Shown: positions 9,030-18,167 of the stretch, in pieces
Layout of the letters: every line of letters begins with the position of its first letter
Position numbering within the stretch: position 1 is the first letter of the stretch
Assembly: GCA_029856685.1 (NCBI GenBank)
Contig: JAHKKZ010000002.1
Coordinates: 1 to 57,938 of the forward strand
Length of the DNA stretch: 57,938 bases
From: Candidatus Njordarchaeota archaeon
GTDB lineage: Archaea > Asgardarchaeota > Njordarchaeia > Njordarchaeales > Panguiarchaeaceae
Direction of reading: 5' to 3'
Notes under the pieces: model-generated
What the model was told of the DNA's origin: nothing
Seen by the model: the letters and a program-made list of their open reading frames with translations, nothing else
The model's database searches: none
Translations under genes and position numbers: made by a program

Positions 9030-10202
9030 CTATAGGCATATTGGCTCTTCTGGAGACCTTACTAGTCTTTTTACTTCCTTTTTTGTTAGAACAACATCAT
9101 CTTCCAAACGAATTCCATACTTTCCTTCGAAATAGAGGGCGGGTTCGACTGTATAAGCTATGTTTTCTGGGATTTTCTTATTCGTAACTCTATGACTTAG
9201 GGGTGGACCTACATCATGAACATCAACACCCAGTGCGTGGCCAAGACTATGAATAAAATGTTTTTCTGGGTCATACCCATATGCCTTAAATGTCTCTCGA
9301 GCCGTGTTATCAGGTTCGGAGAACGCAGCTCCAACTTTGATAGCTTTTATCGACTCATTTTGAGCAGCAACAACAGCTTCATATACTTGCTTGATTTCAT
9401 TCGGAATATTACCGACCACGAAGAACCTAGTGATATCCGAAGACATCGTCAAATATCTCATACCGAAGTCTATGTAGAATATGTCGTTAGTTCTTAGTTT
9501 TCTGTCGGAAGTTATATGATGGGGATTGGCGGTATTGGGTCCGGAGGCAACTATAATTTCGAATGAGGGTTCCCCAAGCTTGTAGATCTCGCTATATATC
9601 CTCGCTGCGATTTCTCGCTCTGTCATTCCTGGTTTTATAGTGTTGCTCTCCGAGATAATGCTGTCAAGAATCTTCATAGTTTCAGAAACACTATATTCCA
9701 GAGCTAATAATTCTTCCTGGGTTTTAGTCTGTCTCAGCTCATATACAAAGCGACCAGATGGCCTTAGCTCTATCTCATAGTCCTCAGCCATCTGCATGAG
9801 TTTTCTCACAAATGTGTAACTTAGTGAAGCCGCATGGAAGCAAAGTTCAAATGAGGCAAAATTAGCTAAAATTCTTTTTCCAGAGTATTCGGCAATGATT
9901 TTTTTAAGTTCCTTTTCAAATTCACCGTAGCCGTAGAAGACATGAATATCGCTAATAAGCTTATTTTCTTCTAAGTGACGGATAAAACTTCTTTCTAGGC
10001 GTCCTACTAGAACATGCAACTCATCTCGGGAGAGAAGAGCTCCCATAAAACCATGGGCATGGACTCCCAATAAGTAATCGATGTTGGTATCGTTAGTTCC
10101 TACCGAAAGCACCAACCATGAATCCCCATATTTCTCAAGGAGTTTTCTCGCCCTCTTCAACCGGGACTGTAAAACTTCTATGAGGAACTTATCATCTACC
10201 AA
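9030..10202 (-). CDS. M24-family Xaa-Pro peptidase (prolidase/aminopeptidase P-like)
   Basis: HSLGHALGVDVHD and YTVEPALYFEGKYGIRLEDDV are the pita-bread metal-ligand segments. The N-terminal creatinase-like domain has the right length. Confidence 0.8.
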   Translation of the reverse strand: MVDDKFLIEVLQSRLKRARKLLEKYGDSWLVLSVGTNDTNIDYLLGVHAHGFMGALLSRDELHVLVGRLERSFIRHLEENKLISDIHVFYGYGEFEKELKKIIAEYSGKRILANFASFELCFHAASLSYTFVRKLMQMAEDYEIELRPSGRFVYELRQTKTQEELLALEYSVSETMKILDSIISESNTIKPGMTEREIAARIYSEIYKLGEPSFEIIVASGPNTANPHHITSDRKLRTNDIFYIDFGMRYLTMSSDITRFFVVGNIPNEIKQVYEAVVAAQNESIKAIKVGAAFSEPDNTARETFKAYGYDPEKHFIHSLGHALGVDVHDVGPPLSHRVTNKKIPENIAYTVEPALYFEGKYGIRLEDDVVLTKKEVKRLVRSPEEPICL

Positions 10203-10276
10203 ATATGCTCACCAGCAGACCCAAAATGCAATATTAAAAAGGTATAAATCAATTTTACTTTATTCCCTAGGAATTC

Positions 10277-10858
10277 TTGGGGAGTATAATGAGTAGAGAT
10301 GACGATAAGAAAAGAAAAAGGCCTTACAGAGATATAGACGATTTCATGGAGAAGTTTTTTGAGGACGTATTTGAGAGGCCTATGAGACTTAGTGATATAT
10401 TTGAAGAGTTCGATAGAATGGTTCGCCGCTTCTTTAGCGAGATCAGCGAAATGGAGCGCGAATTCTTAATGGGAGAACGGAAGCCTAAACGCTATACATG
10501 GGGTCTTACAATAGTTATACCTCCCACGGGCCCCCCACGTATCTATAGATTTGGAAACGTAAAGACATCTAAGGAACCCAAAGGGAAGATTGAGGTTAGA
10601 AGAACTGAAGAGTTTGAGCCCCTAGCAACAGTATATGAGGAAGACGCAAAGGTACGAGTAATAGTTGATCTTCCTGGTGTCGATGAAGATAAAATAAATG
10701 TTGATGCAACAGAAAGTAAAGTTGTTATACGTGCTGAAGGGTCCGATAGAAAATACTACAAGGAAATTGAGCTACCAAAGAAAGTAGATCCGAAATCTGT
10801 AAAGGCCTCATTTAAGAATGGTATCTTAGAACTTGAGTTCAAAATAAAGCAGAAATAA
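10277..10858 (+). CDS. hsp20: small heat-shock protein, Hsp20/alpha-crystallin family, with a long charged N-terminal arm
   Basis: The alpha-crystallin domain reads VRVIVDLPGVDEDKINVDATESKVVIRAE...YYKEIELPKKVDPKSVKASFKNGILELEF. Confidence 0.85.
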   Translation: MGSIMSRDDDKKRKRPYRDIDDFMEKFFEDVFERPMRLSDIFEEFDRMVRRFFSEISEMEREFLMGERKPKRYTWGLTIVIPPTGPPRIYRFGNVKTSKEPKGKIEVRRTEEFEPLATVYEEDAKVRVIVDLPGVDEDKINVDATESKVVIRAEGSDRKYYKEIELPKKVDPKSVKASFKNGILELEFKIKQK

Positions 10859-10865
10859 TCACAAC

Positions 10866-10876
10866 TCTTTTTTTTG
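10866..10876 (+). terminator. oligo-T terminator candidate after hsp20
   Basis: A T8 run at 10868-10875 lies 10 nt after the stop codon. Confidence 0.3.
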
Positions 10877-10962
10877 AGATAAACATCGGAGAAATCACAT
10901 GAAGAATTTGGATATACGCAACACTAACTGCTATTAATTATTATGTTGGGGAGCTGATAGGT

Positions 10963-12456
10963 ATGAGCATATCTCTAAGCGATATTGCAAATCTTGCAAA
11001 GAGAAGAGGTTTTATCTTTCTATCAGGCGAAATTTATGGTGGCATTGCTGGATTCTACGATTATGGTCCGATAGGATTTGGGATTAAGCGGAGAATACTT
11101 GATGATTGGTGGTGGTTTTTTGTTAGTTCTCGTGATGATGTCTATGGAATATCGCCAGCCATAATAACATCACCAAAAGTTTGGGTGGCGTCTGGTCATG
11201 TCGATGAGTTCATCGACATCTTAGTTGAATGTGCTAGGTGCAAATCACGATTCAAAGCAGAAACATTACTAGAGGAAGCTGGCATTAAGATACAGGATTT
11301 CTCTATGGAGTCCGTAAAAAATGCGATTAAGAACAACAATATCAAATGTCCCAAATGTGGGGGGGAGCTCTCTGAACCTAGGTGCTTCAATCTGATGATT
11401 GAGGCTCATGTTGGAGCGGTCAAAGATGAAAGCTCGGTAGTATATCTGAGGCCAGAGATAGCACAGGGAATGTTTACAAACTTCAAGTTGATATCAGCAA
11501 TAGTAGGGGCGAGGCTACCCTTCGGAATAGCGAGCTACGGTAAGGTATTTAGAAATGAGATATCACCGAGAGGTTTTATTTTTAGGTTACGGGAATTTGA
11601 GATAGCCGAGATAGAATATTTTATTGATCCTAACGAGCAAAATAACTGTGCATTATTCAGCGAGGTAGAGAACATAGAAGTGAAGATCTGGACAAAAGAA
11701 GAACAGAAGAGAGAACTTGAGCCAAAGGAAAGGACGATTGGTGAAGCGTTTAATGAGGGTATATTCTCCAACATGTGGCATGCGTACTGGGCTGGGAAAG
11801 CGGTTGAGTGGCTAATAAGCATAGGGATAAAACCAGAACACCTAAGATTAAGAGAACATCTTGAAACGGAATTGGCGCACTACGCCAAACAAACATTCGA
11901 CATCGAATACTACTTCCCTTATCTAGGATGGAAAGAGATCGTTGGAATCGCAAATAGAACTGATTATGATCTTCGGAGACACACAAATATGAGTGGCGAA
12001 AAGCTATATCTAACAAAGAATGGAAAAGAATTTTATCCTTATTGCATAGAGCCCTCGTTCGGAATTGACAGAATTTTCCTCGCGATAATCACTGAGGCAT
12101 ATACAGTTAGAGACGGAAAAATAGTTCTAAGGTTACACCCTAAAGTGGCTCCCTACGATGTTGCTATACTCCCCCTACTCAAAAAACCTAAATTCATAGC
12201 CAAAGCAAAGGAGATAAACACAATGCTAAAGCTTGAAAGATTTGCAACATATATTGATTTCTCGGGTAAGATCGGAAAAGCTTATGCAAAAATAGACGAG
12301 ATAGGAATACCCTTCGCAATAACAATTGACCATAAAACATTTGAAGATAATACAGTAACTATAAGATTTAGAGACACGAAGAATCAGATCAGAATTCAAG
12401 TATCGGAATTAGCAAAAAAACTAAGAGAATTAAAATATAATTATATTATGCAATAG
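10963..12456 (+). CDS. glyS: glycine--tRNA ligase (archaeal/eukaryotic type)
   Basis: The N-terminus RRGFIFLSGEIYGGIAGFYDYGPIG is the hallmark of alpha2-type GlyRS. Class II core segments (FRNEISPRGFIFRLREFEIAEIEYF) and a C-terminal anticodon-binding domain are present. Confidence 0.9.
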   Translation: MSISLSDIANLAKRRGFIFLSGEIYGGIAGFYDYGPIGFGIKRRILDDWWWFFVSSRDDVYGISPAIITSPKVWVASGHVDEFIDILVECARCKSRFKAETLLEEAGIKIQDFSMESVKNAIKNNNIKCPKCGGELSEPRCFNLMIEAHVGAVKDESSVVYLRPEIAQGMFTNFKLISAIVGARLPFGIASYGKVFRNEISPRGFIFRLREFEIAEIEYFIDPNEQNNCALFSEVENIEVKIWTKEEQKRELEPKERTIGEAFNEGIFSNMWHAYWAGKAVEWLISIGIKPEHLRLREHLETELAHYAKQTFDIEYYFPYLGWKEIVGIANRTDYDLRRHTNMSGEKLYLTKNGKEFYPYCIEPSFGIDRIFLAIITEAYTVRDGKIVLRLHPKVAPYDVAILPLLKKPKFIAKAKEINTMLKLERFATYIDFSGKIGKAYAKIDEIGIPFAITIDHKTFEDNTVTIRFRDTKNQIRIQVSELAKKLRELKYNYIMQ

Positions 12457-12478
12457 GACAACTAGTTGGTGTGTTGAT

Positions 12479-13366
12479 TTGCCCGAGAAACAGATAGTCC
12501 ATACAACAATAACAGTAAAATGCCCTAAATGTGAACGCACAAATGTTTATACCATCAGCGAGGAGGATATAAAGGAGATAACAGAACTTGGTGTGGCTAG
12601 GATTGGTTTTTTGCATGGCGACCATGCACTTATCATTAATTTTGATTCAACGGGGTTTATTCGGGGAGCTTATATAGTCGCTTCGGATAATATACCCTCT
12701 GATATACGTGTATTTTATGATACCTATAGGGTTTTACTTTCTCCTAGGTTTCTAATAAAAGATTTTGAAGTCGCTCTAATCGACTTAGAAAATAAAATCA
12801 TCGATCTGCGGGCATCTAAACTTTCTGGCAAGGATGTATCCCTAATAATGGAGTACGTTAATACATATAGAAACTTGATAAAAGATTCCATCAAAAGAGT
12901 GGGGGTTTCAGGACGCAACTACTTTGCTGTTGAGCATAGCAATGTTGTCATCTTGTATAACAATATACCAAGTAGCATTATAAAGGTTTGTTTGCCTCTA
13001 ATTATGGTTGAGAAGCACGATCTTTCCTCGATATATCTCGCTCTAAAATACGCGGTTTCAAGCAGTATTGATAAGGACACCCCTACTTTTAAAGAACGCC
13101 TCAATATGGTCATGAATGCGCACAGAATAAGAATTAAAGCTAAGAAGGGGATAAACGCAATAAGATTTGCGCGTGCAAGCATACTTGCTCTATGGCCCCA
13201 ACTAACAAACGTTTTCGATATGATAATGTCAGATCCGAATATCAAGGGTCCAGAAGGAACAACACTTCTAAATCTCATCATGAAGGATCCTAGTATCTGC
13301 TTTGATGATCTCTATGAAATGCTTAAGGAGCTCTCCAAAAGAGACCTCATCGAGTTTCTAGGCTGA
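12479..13366 (+). CDS. hypothetical protein with N-terminal CPxC motif; paralog of 23829..24386
   Basis: TTG start 22 nt after glyS. VKCPKCERT...GFLHGDHALIINFDSTGFIRGAY aligns with the N-terminus of ORF 23829..24386. I recognise no known family. Confidence 0.6.
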   Translation: MPEKQIVHTTITVKCPKCERTNVYTISEEDIKEITELGVARIGFLHGDHALIINFDSTGFIRGAYIVASDNIPSDIRVFYDTYRVLLSPRFLIKDFEVALIDLENKIIDLRASKLSGKDVSLIMEYVNTYRNLIKDSIKRVGVSGRNYFAVEHSNVVILYNNIPSSIIKVCLPLIMVEKHDLSSIYLALKYAVSSSIDKDTPTFKERLNMVMNAHRIRIKAKKGINAIRFARASILALWPQLTNVFDMIMSDPNIKGPEGTTLLNLIMKDPSICFDDLYEMLKELSKRDLIEFLG

Positions 13367-13396
13367 TATCCAAATATGAAATTGATAATTAGATTC

Positions 13397-13984
13397 TTAT
13401 ACTTCTTTGATAGCCTTATTATAGGTATCCTCACATATCTTTCCGCGTTCTAAGAGAGTTTTGAGAATCTCCCTACCAGTAAGCAGATATGCTAATTTGA
13501 CATTTAGCTTACTGAGTGCGTTCAATGGTTTGTTGCTTCTCAGAACTAAGACTCCGGCGTGCATAATAATTCCATTACTTCTCTTTAGATGTTCTATTGC
13601 CTGTATTAGAGAACCTCCTGTTGTGGCTACATCATCAACAACGAGAATTTTCTTTCCATCCACTATCCCAACAACTAGGTCTTTGAGGCCATGGCTTTTT
13701 CGTTCTTTTCTAACATACGCGAGTGGTTTGTTTAGAAAGAATGAGATATAGGCCGCGAAAGGGATGCCTCCCGTGGCCACACCACATACAACATCGAATT
13801 CAAGTCCAGCCAAGCATTTATCAATAAATAGCTTAACAATATCCTTGAATAACCGTGGGAAGCTGGGAAGGATCCTAAGATTTATATAGAACGAAGAGTG
13901 CTTACCAGAAGATAGCACAAAATCACCAAACTGTATAATTCCTCTATCATATAGTTCGAGAATTATCTCTTCTTTTCCAAGCAT
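13397..13984 (-). CDS. pyrE: orotate phosphoribosyltransferase
   Basis: FVLSSGKHSSFYINLR and the PRPP loop ILVVDDVATTGGS are present. The protein is 195 aa. Confidence 0.9.
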   Translation of the reverse strand: MLGKEEIILELYDRGIIQFGDFVLSSGKHSSFYINLRILPSFPRLFKDIVKLFIDKCLAGLEFDVVCGVATGGIPFAAYISFFLNKPLAYVRKERKSHGLKDLVVGIVDGKKILVVDDVATTGGSLIQAIEHLKRSNGIIMHAGVLVLRSNKPLNALSKLNVKLAYLLTGREILKTLLERGKICEDTYNKAIKEV

Positions 13985-14070
13985 TATATCAGCCTAAGAT
14001 AAGCTTAATAACATTGTTTGGTTTTTCTAGGGATAAAAAGATTTGATTTTTTCGGTCAAAGGGAACGAAA

Positions 14071-14931
14071 TTGGAGCAGTGGATAGGCGAAGAGAATAGC
14101 AGGCTCGGAGTAGCTCTGAAGTTCCATCTTAAGAAAATTGTCCACGAGGAATCTTCAGAATATTTTGATATAATCATTGCGGAAACTCAGTCTATTGGAA
14201 AAATACTTCTATTTAGGGAGGATGACGATATAACGATACAAACGGCTGAAAAATTTGACTTTTATGACGAAATGATCGCACATGTCCCTCTAACAGCTCA
14301 TCCAAATCCGCGGAGAATTCTCATAATCGGTGGAGGAGATGGAGTTGTCCTAAGGGAAGTTCTCAAATATGATAGCGTCAAAAAGGTTATTATTGTCGAG
14401 ATAGACAAATCTGTAATCGAAACATCGAAAAAATACCTAAGACTCGATGAAGGCGCATTCGATGACCCCCGAGTAGAGATTGTGATAGAGGATGCCGCCC
14501 AGTATTTACGAAAGGCAGACTTTAAATTTGATGTTATAATAGGAGACTACTCGGATCCATACCAAGATACTGCCGCTGGTTCGCTCATAAGCAAAGAATT
14601 CTATCGAAACGTGAAGAAGGTCATGAGACCAGACAGCATAGCAGTGTTTCAAGCAGGGTCTCCTTTGTTCCAAAGAGAAATATTTCTTAGGATATACGGA
14701 TATCTAAAACAGCTTTTTCGAATTGTTAAGCCCTTTTGGACAATTGTGCCCTACTATCCAGGGGGCATGTGGATCTTTCTGACTGCCAGCGATCGCAGAG
14801 ATGCATCAGAACCCCTCCGTCAACCCCCAACAAATACTATTTTCTATAACACAGAAGTGCATAAGTGTGCTTTTGTACTGCCAGAAATTATACGGAAACT
14901 CGTAGAGCAAGGGGATTCTGATGGGGCTTAG
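14071..14931 (+). CDS. speE: spermidine synthase-family polyamine aminopropyltransferase
   Basis: ILIIGGGDGVVLREVLKY, VEIDKSVIE and IIGDYSDP are present, along with an N-terminal tetramerisation-type segment. The start is TTG. Confidence 0.85.
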   Translation: MEQWIGEENSRLGVALKFHLKKIVHEESSEYFDIIIAETQSIGKILLFREDDDITIQTAEKFDFYDEMIAHVPLTAHPNPRRILIIGGGDGVVLREVLKYDSVKKVIIVEIDKSVIETSKKYLRLDEGAFDDPRVEIVIEDAAQYLRKADFKFDVIIGDYSDPYQDTAAGSLISKEFYRNVKKVMRPDSIAVFQAGSPLFQREIFLRIYGYLKQLFRIVKPFWTIVPYYPGGMWIFLTASDRRDASEPLRQPPTNTIFYNTEVHKCAFVLPEIIRKLVEQGDSDGA

Positions 14932-15592
14932 CGAGCTTAAGCAGAGAAGCCGAATAATTCTCGCTCTAGATCGTCTAGGGAAACTTAGAGAGCTGGAAAT
15001 CCTGAGGAGAGTTCTCAGTAGGGTAGCGGGAGTCAAGATAGGCCTACCGCTAATTCTATCTAGAGAATTCACAAGTATTGTGGAGACCCTCAAAAATTCC
15101 GACATATATGTTCTTGCAGATTTCAAATTGGCCGATATCCCCTACATAATGATAAAAACCATCGAAAAAATCGTAGACCTCATAGATGGTGTTATTGCTC
15201 ATGCATTCATTGGGCGGGATGCCATAAGTAGTCTTTCAGAATTCTTATCTAGGCAGGAAATTGAGCTTTTTTTAGTGGTCGCAATGACGCATAAAGGTGC
15301 AGAAGAGTTCATCAATAGATTCACTCACGAGTTCATTGAAATAGCTAGGGATCTAGCCAATGGTGTTGTAGCCCCAGCAACATTCCCAGAAAAAATAGTA
15401 TTAGCTAGAGAGCTTCTTGGGGATAAAATAATACTATCACCAGGTATTGGGGCTCAAGGTGCGGAGATCGGATCGGCAATAAAGCATGGTGCTGATTTTG
15501 AAATCATTGGAAGGCTGATAACAATGAGTAGTAATCCTTTAGCAGTAGTTGATAAGATAAATAGCATTCATTTCGCATTAGTGGGGCCATAA
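14921..15592 (+). CDS. pyrF: orotidine 5'-phosphate decarboxylase
   Basis: RIILALD, VKIGLPL and LADFKLADIP (DxKxxD) are present. The protein is 223 aa and overlaps speE by 11 nt. Confidence 0.85.
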   Translation: MGLSELKQRSRIILALDRLGKLRELEILRRVLSRVAGVKIGLPLILSREFTSIVETLKNSDIYVLADFKLADIPYIMIKTIEKIVDLIDGVIAHAFIGRDAISSLSEFLSRQEIELFLVVAMTHKGAEEFINRFTHEFIEIARDLANGVVAPATFPEKIVLARELLGDKIILSPGIGAQGAEIGSAIKHGADFEIIGRLITMSSNPLAVVDKINSIHFALVGP

Positions 15593-16911
15593 CATATTTT
15601 AGTGTAGACATCTCTAAAATATTCACTTAAGGATTTGCCTATCCTTCTTGCTATTCTCCTTATATATCTTGCTGTTCCAGTAGAATACTGCACAGCCTTC
15701 TTTGGCGCAAATGCTATCTCACGTGGCACTCCAAGACGGATTGCAACAAGTCTCAAGATGTACTTACGGATTTCATTTCTAATTTTTAGTTCTGGGGGGA
15801 GCCTTAGTGCGAAATCTACAATATCATCATCAAGATATGGAAGCCTAAGCTCCACACCATTGAACGTAGATATATGCTCATCTCTCTCCAAATTATTAGC
15901 CGCTAATGTTATTATATCAATGAAGTTATTCATCAGAAAGTCCTGTATTGACATTTTCAGATACTTCGCGTACCCCCCAAAGAGCTCATCGGCGCCTTGA
16001 CCAGCAAATGCTACTCTGAAGCCGTTCTCACGAATTCTTTCGCAGGTAATATATATTGGAATCCCAATAAGAACTTTCAAGGGATTCCACTCATCAATAA
16101 CACAGATTGTTTGCTCTAAGTAGTATTCTAGATCGCCAGGATGTATCACATGGATATCTATGGGAAGCTTCAGAACGTCAGCAACTTTTTTAGCCCAGAC
16201 GCTATCACGAGCTTCTGGCAGAGCTACAGTAAATAAGCGAACATCTGAGAACCGTGAGGCGACCCTAGCAATAGTTGTGGAGTCCAGACCCCCTGAGAAC
16301 ATTACTGCGATTTCGTCCTCAGATAGCCTCTCAACCGACTGTATAATTAGCCTCGATAGCGTCTCAGTAGCCTCTTTTTCTGATATTTCTATGGGTGTTG
16401 GTTTGGTTAAAATCCGGATGGGCTTTATGGAAACTTTTCTATTTTGAAGAAGCAACATATGACCAGGGGGGAGTCTTATGGGAGTAACGAAGTCCCTAAT
16501 AGCTCTTCTCTCAGATGCGAAAACCAGAAAATCTTTTGTATATCCATAGAAAACAGGCTGTATTCCTATTCTATCCCGGAATATCCGCAAAGTTTTTCTG
16601 TTGGCAATAGCTAAAACATAGTACCCTCTGAGTTTCTCGGGTTTGAACTCCTCTAATAATGCCTCCTTAAGATTAAATACTCTCCCGCTTAATACGAATA
16701 ATTTCTTACTGTTTATAATAGGCTTGAGATCTGCTTGCTCTGTATAGAATTGTATCAAAAATACATTGCCTATATCTAGGTTTTGTCTGAAAATAAAGGC
16801 TCCTCCTCGATGTTTTAGTTTCTCTGTGATACTTCTGATGATAGCATCAGCATCAACAGTGTCTGAAAAGCTTATTAAACCTGCAATACCTGTAAGGGCC
16901 AGAGAAAACAC
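15568..16911 (-). CDS. asparagine synthetase (AsnB)-like PP-loop adenylating enzyme lacking the N-terminal Cys nucleophile
   Basis: The PP-loop is VMFSGGLDSTTIA and the overall layout is AsnB-like (RDRIGIQPVFYG, FASERRA). The N-terminus is MFSLALTGIAG instead of MCGIAG, and HRGGAF replaces HRGPD. Confidence 0.75.
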   Translation of the reverse strand: MFSLALTGIAGLISFSDTVDADAIIRSITEKLKHRGGAFIFRQNLDIGNVFLIQFYTEQADLKPIINSKKLFVLSGRVFNLKEALLEEFKPEKLRGYYVLAIANRKTLRIFRDRIGIQPVFYGYTKDFLVFASERRAIRDFVTPIRLPPGHMLLLQNRKVSIKPIRILTKPTPIEISEKEATETLSRLIIQSVERLSEDEIAVMFSGGLDSTTIARVASRFSDVRLFTVALPEARDSVWAKKVADVLKLPIDIHVIHPGDLEYYLEQTICVIDEWNPLKVLIGIPIYITCERIRENGFRVAFAGQGADELFGGYAKYLKMSIQDFLMNNFIDIITLAANNLERDEHISTFNGVELRLPYLDDDIVDFALRLPPELKIRNEIRKYILRLVAIRLGVPREIAFAPKKAVQYSTGTARYIRRIARRIGKSLSEYFRDVYTKICYGPTNAK

Positions 16912-16922
16912 CTACACACTAT

Positions 16923-17810
16923 TCACTTCACAAAAATTCTTACGAATTTACCCGCCCTAAGGCTTGTGGTTGCTGTTTTTAATGCATTAAGAAGCTTTTT
17001 CTCGCAAAAATCTTCTATCTCAACGATCACACAGAATTGCGCAACAGACAACTGTATTTTCTTAGGAGAAATGACGATGCATTGGGCTGGGGAAACATCA
17101 ATATCCTGAATTATTGTTATGATCTTTGCTAGAATCTCCGCGTTTTTAGATCCGTCTATTTCTACAATCGTTACTGGCACCCTCCGGGAAAAATCGATAA
17201 TTTTGCGGAGAAGCAAAGTACTATCCTGTCTCTCAGGCCGTAAAATTTTAATATGTTTAAGTTTATTATCCACGATGACGACATGGTGTTTCGACGTAAA
17301 AACTTTAATTGAATCGAAGACTTCGAGTAGGTTTTTATTCTCTACTAAGAATTTTCCTAACTTTGCATCTAATTGGAGTTTTTTATGATCAATCTTTGAC
17401 CCAAAGTTTCTTATGGCATTAAGAGCCGATGTTATTGCAATAGGGCTAAGTAGATTTATTTGAAATTGCTTACTATTACTAGCCAGCTGAGATAATTTCT
17501 CGAGGAGCTTTATTGTCTTGCTCTCCGCTAAGAATCTCTTATCGATAAATATAACAGCTCTTCCATTATTGAAAAGAAAGTAGAACCCCGTCTTTCTGTC
17601 GCCCCCCTCTAAGATTAGATGATAATCGCGTAGCCGTGAGAGGGTCTCTATTATTGCTGGTAGATTTTCTTTTGGGACATCATCTACAATCTCTATGATA
17701 GCCTTCTTAGTTTTACTAGCACTTCCAGCTATTACCTCTATGGTTTCGATTTTTTGACCTTTAAGCCCAACTATCTGGCCATTCACTATTTTCAGTGAAG
17801 TAATCCTCAT
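16923..17810 (-). CDS. hypothetical protein (295 aa), operonic with the Ubl and AsnB-like genes
   Basis: The ORF starts 1 nt after the Ubl stop codon and ends 11 nt before the AsnB-like start. No motif is recognised. Confidence 0.6.
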   Translation of the reverse strand: MRITSLKIVNGQIVGLKGQKIETIEVIAGSASKTKKAIIEIVDDVPKENLPAIIETLSRLRDYHLILEGGDRKTGFYFLFNNGRAVIFIDKRFLAESKTIKLLEKLSQLASNSKQFQINLLSPIAITSALNAIRNFGSKIDHKKLQLDAKLGKFLVENKNLLEVFDSIKVFTSKHHVVIVDNKLKHIKILRPERQDSTLLLRKIIDFSRRVPVTIVEIDGSKNAEILAKIITIIQDIDVSPAQCIVISPKKIQLSVAQFCVIVEIEDFCEKKLLNALKTATTSLRAGKFVRIFVK

Positions 17811-17811
17811 C

Positions 17812-18084
17812 TTAACCGCCCGAAACGAATGGCATTATCGAAACTGTGTCGCCATCTTTCAAGACTAAGCGAAGGTTATCTCCTATAGATTTTCCATTAA
17901 CCAGAATTATGACATCAGGGGGTAGTTTATTGTCATTTATAACAATCTTCTGAAACCTCTCACCATAAATCTTACAAAGCTTATCCAGGAGATCCTTAAC
18001 AGTTCTGCCTGAGAAATTGATAGTCTCTTCTAGCTTCTCTGTAACGCTTCGAAACTTTCCAAAATATCGAACTTTGGCAAGCAT
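17812..18084 (-). CDS. MoaD/ThiS-family ubiquitin-like beta-grasp protein ending in Gly-Gly
   Basis: 90 aa. The C-terminus VLVNGKSIGDNLRLVLKDGDTVSIMPFVSGG* is classic for MoaD/SAMP/Urm1-like sulfur carriers. Confidence 0.8.
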   Translation of the reverse strand: MLAKVRYFGKFRSVTEKLEETINFSGRTVKDLLDKLCKIYGERFQKIVINDNKLPPDVIILVNGKSIGDNLRLVLKDGDTVSIMPFVSGG

Positions 18085-18167
18085 TTCTGCTTCCCCTTTT
18101 TAAACAAAGTTTTATTATTGTCGCTTTTAGCCATAGTTTTTCTTATAGATAATAGTGGTGTATCTTT

